Assembly: GCA_010093815.1 (NCBI GenBank)
Contig: ML996574.1
DNA from: Pseudovirgaria hyperparasitica
Lineage: Eukaryota
Strand: one strand, 5' to 3'
DNA length: 64,000 nt
Below the pieces are notes generated by a model. It saw only the letters and a program-made list of their open reading frames with translations, had not been told where the DNA came from and ran no database searches. Shown here in pieces: positions 59,292 through 64,000 of the stretch. The number at the start of each line of letters is the position of its first letter. Within the stretch, counting starts at the first letter, position 1. Position numbers and translations under genes: made by a program.

Positions 59292-60374
59292 ATGGTCCCG
59301 AAGTCTAGACGCCTTTCTAGAAAGGGAGCTTGTGTCGATGGACCACACGGAAGCTCGCACTCACAACACAGTCCTTCAGCAGCCCGAACAAGAGCTCAAA
59401 AACTTCGGTTCTCTATCATGACTGCATCTGATTCTCCAACTGAGCCCCCATCAATCCAGTGTAATGACAGCAACGTAGCTGGCCTGTCTAGTGTAGCCCA
59501 AAGAGCCATTCCAACCCCTGAAAGTTCCGCGCAGCAAGAACTCAGTCGAAAGCGCAAGGCAAGTTCACAGCCACCCGACGAAGGTCCTGCACTACGTAAA
59601 GCTAGGCGCGAAGATCCATCACCCGTACCTCCGGTGGTACAAATAGAAACCACTACCCCAATAAAGGTGCCATCAACCCCGAATGACCCCTTGAGCAACA
59701 GTCCCGACAACAGCCCCGACAACAGCCCCGACAACAGCCCCGACAACAGCCCCGACAACAGCCCCGAAAACAGTGCTATCACACGCCAAGCTGGAAGATA
59801 TGCAGAAACCGAAACAAAAGTCCCTAAATCTGGAGTTCTCGAATCATGCGAAACATGCAATATCGTGGCTCACAAAGCAGAAGGTCCTGGAGCTATAGTC
59901 CCTAACTCAGAAGGCCTTGGCTCCGATCAAACCAGCAGCAACTGCGAAGCACCAGTCGAACTACACACTTCAGCTTCCGGAGAATCTAACACAAAGCGCG
60001 AATCTTCTGAAGAGCGCAATCTAGCAAAAGCCATAGAGCAATCCCGCCTCGAACTGAAAGACAGACAGCGTGCTCGTGCAGAAGGCACGACTCAACCTGA
60101 CGCTCACTCTACCATCAAACAAGAAGATCTGGAAAAAGAAGATGAAGAGGAGGAGCACGAGATTGAAGCAGATGAGGAATTTCCAGCTGAGCACGTCACT
60201 GATCCGAGACAGGAGCCCCAGGATGGGCTTACTACGCTTGACTTGGCGCGTATAAATGCTATCGTGCAGGCGCAGTTGGTACCTCACATGGACACTATGA
60301 ATCAGCGCTTGGGGACTGTCACGGAAGTCGTTATAGCGGTATATGATATGTTGCAGCAAGCGATAGAAGGATAA
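59292..60374 (+). CDS. Hypothetical disordered protein with NLS-like motifs, an (NSPD)n repeat and a UIM-like helix
   Basis: 360-aa ORF; RKRK...RKARR; EERNLAKAIEQSRLE; TATATA run at ~59160. Confidence 0.7.
   Translation: MVPKSRRLSRKGACVDGPHGSSHSQHSPSAARTRAQKLRFSIMTASDSPTEPPSIQCNDSNVAGLSSVAQRAIPTPESSAQQELSRKRKASSQPPDEGPALRKARREDPSPVPPVVQIETTTPIKVPSTPNDPLSNSPDNSPDNSPDNSPDNSPDNSPENSAITRQAGRYAETETKVPKSGVLESCETCNIVAHKAEGPGAIVPNSEGLGSDQTSSNCEAPVELHTSASGESNTKRESSEERNLAKAIEQSRLELKDRQRARAEGTTQPDAHSTIKQEDLEKEDEEEEHEIEADEEFPAEHVTDPRQEPQDGLTTLDLARINAIVQAQLVPHMDTMNQRLGTVTEVVIAVYDMLQQAIEG
59696..59770 (+). repeat. Coding 12-bp tandem repeat (CAACAGCCCCGA) x~6, encoding NSPD
   Basis: Directly visible. Confidence 0.95.
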
Positions 60375-61475
60375 GGGGGATTCACGGGTGGGACAGATGA
60401 TGCGCATTAGACTGCACGTGTTGTGACCGTTGTTCGCTTTTCTTTCATAATGCCTATATGGTATTTGGGCGGTAATATTCAGCGGATTCTTTTACTCAAC
60501 AACTCCATTATTCGCATGTTTCTTGACGTTACCTCATGGATTCACGAGGACTTTACGCTTACATACACTTTATGTGCTCTGACTGCAGAAGCCATGCTCA
60601 GTATCGACAGGTCCATTTTCTCAAGAGCATAATAAACTCTGGCGTTTGCTTTTCCGCTCTCGTGTTCCGCGATGAAAAAGGTTGCTATCCATTCCTAGCT
60701 AAATTAGAGCTGCTGGATCGCTAGCATAGATTCAAGTTCCGTATCAGATCTCTATCAGGTTTTGATCAGGTTTGTAAGTACTGTTGCGGAAAAGATCGGT
60801 CATGACGTGGAATTCGCAAGGTTAATATAGGTGTGTCTTGGATGCGGAGGCGAAAACATGATAATCATACATGGGAGAGTGATCGCCGGACATACATATC
60901 CTTCTCGTGAGCGGACGCGTGGATACGAACTCGGAAGACGCCACTTCAAGTGTATCAAAGGTCGATCATGTTTAGGAATATCAGCAGGAGGTGTCCACCC
61001 AAACTGATGGCGATCATCGAAGGTCAGGACGTAGTGGCGGTGAAAAGTACCGTGGACCATGGTAGAAGACCCTGGACCCTTAGACGTGGCGGCGAGAGAC
61101 CCTGAAAAAGACGTACGTCACGGCGTTTTTATCCCAGTCTTCCCCCCAGTCTGTCCTGCTGTGACTCCAACCTCTTGTAAAAGTATGGGCCCGGCTTTGT
61201 TTGCAATTACTGTCACTCCTGTTGTTGATCCTCGTCTGCGCCGTCCTTGAAGGAGACGCGATTACCCCGCGCACTGATGCCATCAGTCCACCTCAGAAGA
61301 TTTATACTCTAGGTCGCTACGGAGTCATCTCCTCGTCTGCTCCTTCGTCAACAAGGACGCACTAACGATCGGTACAACCATACTTCGACTTCAACCATTA
61401 TACTTATCTTCTACAATATCCTTTCTCCCAGATCTCATATTACCTTCGAAGGTCCTCCTCGATCCAGTCGTCACG

Positions 61476-62204
61476 ATGTCGGTCGATATCCTGGCGCCAC
61501 CAGGAGACGTCCTACACAACTACATTCATGAGAAGCGTCACGATGAACAACCAGAAGAAATACCAGAAATATTCCGCGATGCAATGGCTGTCCGGGAGGA
61601 GGTCTTCGTCGACGAACAGGCCTGCTCGTTAGTCAACGAGGTTGACGACGACGATGCACGCAGCTGGCACTGGGTCGTATACGTCTCCGTTGCGAACAAC
61701 CGCAAGAACAGCAGCACCAACAATGTCGGACATGCATCCGAACGCAAGGACTCTGCAGATGCGAGTGCGACCCGCAAGCCCGTCGGTACTCTCAGACTCG
61801 TGCCTCCGCCGCATGGAAAGCATCCACACGACGGCGACTTCCAGCCCACCCCTGCATACCACGAACCATACGTCAAGCTCACTCGTTTGGCGCTCAGCAA
61901 GGATTATCGTGGTAAATATGGTTTATCGAGACTGCTCCTTTCCGAGGCGCTCAATTACGCGATCAATAACGCGGCGCAAATATATCGTGCTCCCAGTCCG
62001 GCCCGACTGGAGCAGATCAAGTTGGAGGGCGATGCGAATGGCCTGGAAGAGGGTTGGAAGGGGCTTGTATTGGTACATGCACAGAAGCAGCTCAAAACGT
62101 TTTGGGAAAAGACAGGTTTCACACACGATGAGGGGTTAGGAGAGTGGGATGAGGAAGGCATCAGACATATTGGAATGTGGCGTAGGATACCACTGAAAGA
62201 GTAG
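61476..62204 (+). CDS. GNAT-family N-acetyltransferase (YjcF/ElaA-like fungal group)
   Basis: DAMAVREEVFVDEQ, EVDDDDARSWHWV, PVGTLRLVP, KLTRLALSKDYRG, LVLVHAQ, FWEKTGF, WDEEGIRHIGM. Confidence 0.92.
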   Translation: MSVDILAPPGDVLHNYIHEKRHDEQPEEIPEIFRDAMAVREEVFVDEQACSLVNEVDDDDARSWHWVVYVSVANNRKNSSTNNVGHASERKDSADASATRKPVGTLRLVPPPHGKHPHDGDFQPTPAYHEPYVKLTRLALSKDYRGKYGLSRLLLSEALNYAINNAAQIYRAPSPARLEQIKLEGDANGLEEGWKGLVLVHAQKQLKTFWEKTGFTHDEGLGEWDEEGIRHIGMWRRIPLKE

Positions 62205-63419
62205 AAAAGCGGTTGAGAGATATGTGTAAGGTTTCGTCTTAGGAGAGAGGACCTCGTTTGATACCCATAGTAGTACAGCTACATTTCCTTGATAACTTGG
62301 AGTGTGGAGGTTTTCGCGAGACCAAGTCAGCATACATAAGTAGACCAATTCAGCCGTATACTAGACCTGTTTATGATAGACTAATAATAGCAAAATGTTC
62401 AGCCATGGCTGTTCCCCATGTCATTTGCTTCCAACACATCACCCGGTAGCACTAGCCTCGATCGAGTCTAGGACACCTCGAAATCGACTTATTAATTTTT
62501 CGCCGACACCGAAACCCAACTTCTCTTAACATACTTCCTGTAACAACCTGCACGACAACCACCGATTGGTTCTGAATGACACTCTAAATTTACAATGATG
62601 CCCTCGAAAAGGGTGTTACACCTTGGTTCCGTATTATGGTGGCACAAGGCCTTGCCGATCATAGCTGCTATGCAAATATCAAGCGTCTGCTTATTGATTA
62701 ATGCTCATGACCTGTTGATGGTATCGCAGTTTAACTGACGGGCCTGACGGAAATTGAACTTGACAAGACAGATATGATCTCCTTTACCCTTTCAAGCGAC
62801 AAAGTTGGGTGGGCTTTAGAGGCTACCACCCTAGGCGTATGCTTGGATTATGAGGGTCTCTAGTCACTCGAGACAATGAGGACTCATTTCTTTATTCATA
62901 CACGAAATAAGTGGGATGCATTCAATCCTCAGGTATGTACCTCCTTTCTTCTACCTATTCTCTTGATATGATTACACAATTCATGCACCACTCATAGCTT
63001 CGGCTTTGATGATATACAACACCAATATCAAGAAACTATGAATACAAGAAACCAAAATGCTTTCCCCGTCATAGTGAATTTTTTGAAATATGCTAATCCA
63101 TACGACTAAGTCATCCTCGATGTAGAGTCGGCACTTCGGTTCGCTCTGACTGCTTACAACGCGACCTGTCATCGCCTAACCTCCGAATCTTCCGGTGTTG
63201 ACCCTAGTTTCGTATGGTGAACAACGAAGGTACGCATTCAAGTCTGTGTTACTGGCCTGGTCATCATACGCTATGACTGCACTTATGCGAACGGTGAGTT
63301 ATCTGAGTCCTTCAAGCCCAGAATGGCCCATGGTAGGCTTTTCAGCTGTAGGTTGGTACATAAATGGCACTGAAATATGTAGAACACGTTTGCAAGGCCC
63401 TGGCAGCACTACTGTAGCG

Positions 63420-64000
63420 TAGTAGGCCTATACATAATAGGGTTGTTACTATATAATATATACTTTAATCATGAGCTGTTCAATGCAGTTATTTGTTTAT
63501 TATAACAAGATTTGGAGAGCGATCTAAGCCTTAGGCCTGTATATTGAAGCACCCTTGCGGAATCGAGTGTTAGTCAAATTCACCCTTATGAAAAGACATA
63601 AGAGGAAACATTAGTCTCTGTTAGTTCACATCCGTTTATCCATAGTTACATGGGAAAGCTTGGCGCCTGATGCACGTCTATGCTACCAACACGCGTTTTT
63701 ATATATAATTAACATTTTACGGTATTATTACTGTACCATATATATATAGAGTCTATAACTATATAATATAGTATATAAGAGTTAGTATATATAATATTTA
63801 GTGTTTTTAACTTACTAACGTGTATATATATAGTACCCTAGGGTATTATCTATCCCGATTCCGTATATAGATAAATTAACTTCCTTCTATAATACGATAT
63901 ATCTATTAATAAGATCGTCGCTATTACTAAAGTTAGTAAGAATATAGTATATAGAATAAGGTTTAACCTTAAGATATACGGATAGAGGAATAAACTATAG
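63420..64000. mobile_element. Edge of a heavily RIP-mutated AT-rich block, probably a transposon relic continuing beyond the window
   Basis: Strong rise in AT content and TpA, near absence of CpA/TpG after ~63740, no ORFs. The element family is not identifiable. Confidence 0.55.

Noticed and set aside
1..64000. Starship, intact transposon, or secondary-metabolite cluster
   Set aside because: No tyrosine recombinase, transposase, reverse transcriptase, PKS/NRPS or terpene synthase motifs were seen.

Overview
Eukaryotic DNA from a filamentous ascomycete (Pezizomycotina, inferred from short ~45-110 nt introns with CTRAY branch points, HET genes and RIP-like AT-rich patches; the species cannot be determined). 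I reconstruct about 15 protein genes: tRNase Z (5' end outside the window), a small two-exon gene largely missed by the ORF track, a BrlA-like C2H2 factor with atypical fingers, a conserved hypothetical protein, an SRR1-domain protein, a six-exon disordered repeat protein, a very large DH/PH-like protein, an EBP-family sterol isomerase, a HET-6-like protein, a divergent GT8 glycosyltransferase plus nucleotide-sugar transporter pair, a non-RD kinase, two orphan disordered proteins and a GNAT acetyltransferase. There is also one clear HET pseudogene, several weaker gene relics, many microsatellites and RIP-like tracts. The most unusual unexplained signal is a ~375-nt intergenic segment (4530-4904) that folds by hand into a nested multi-branch RNA structure with G-U pairs favouring the + strand. 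All calls come from manual reading; no searches or folding programs were run.
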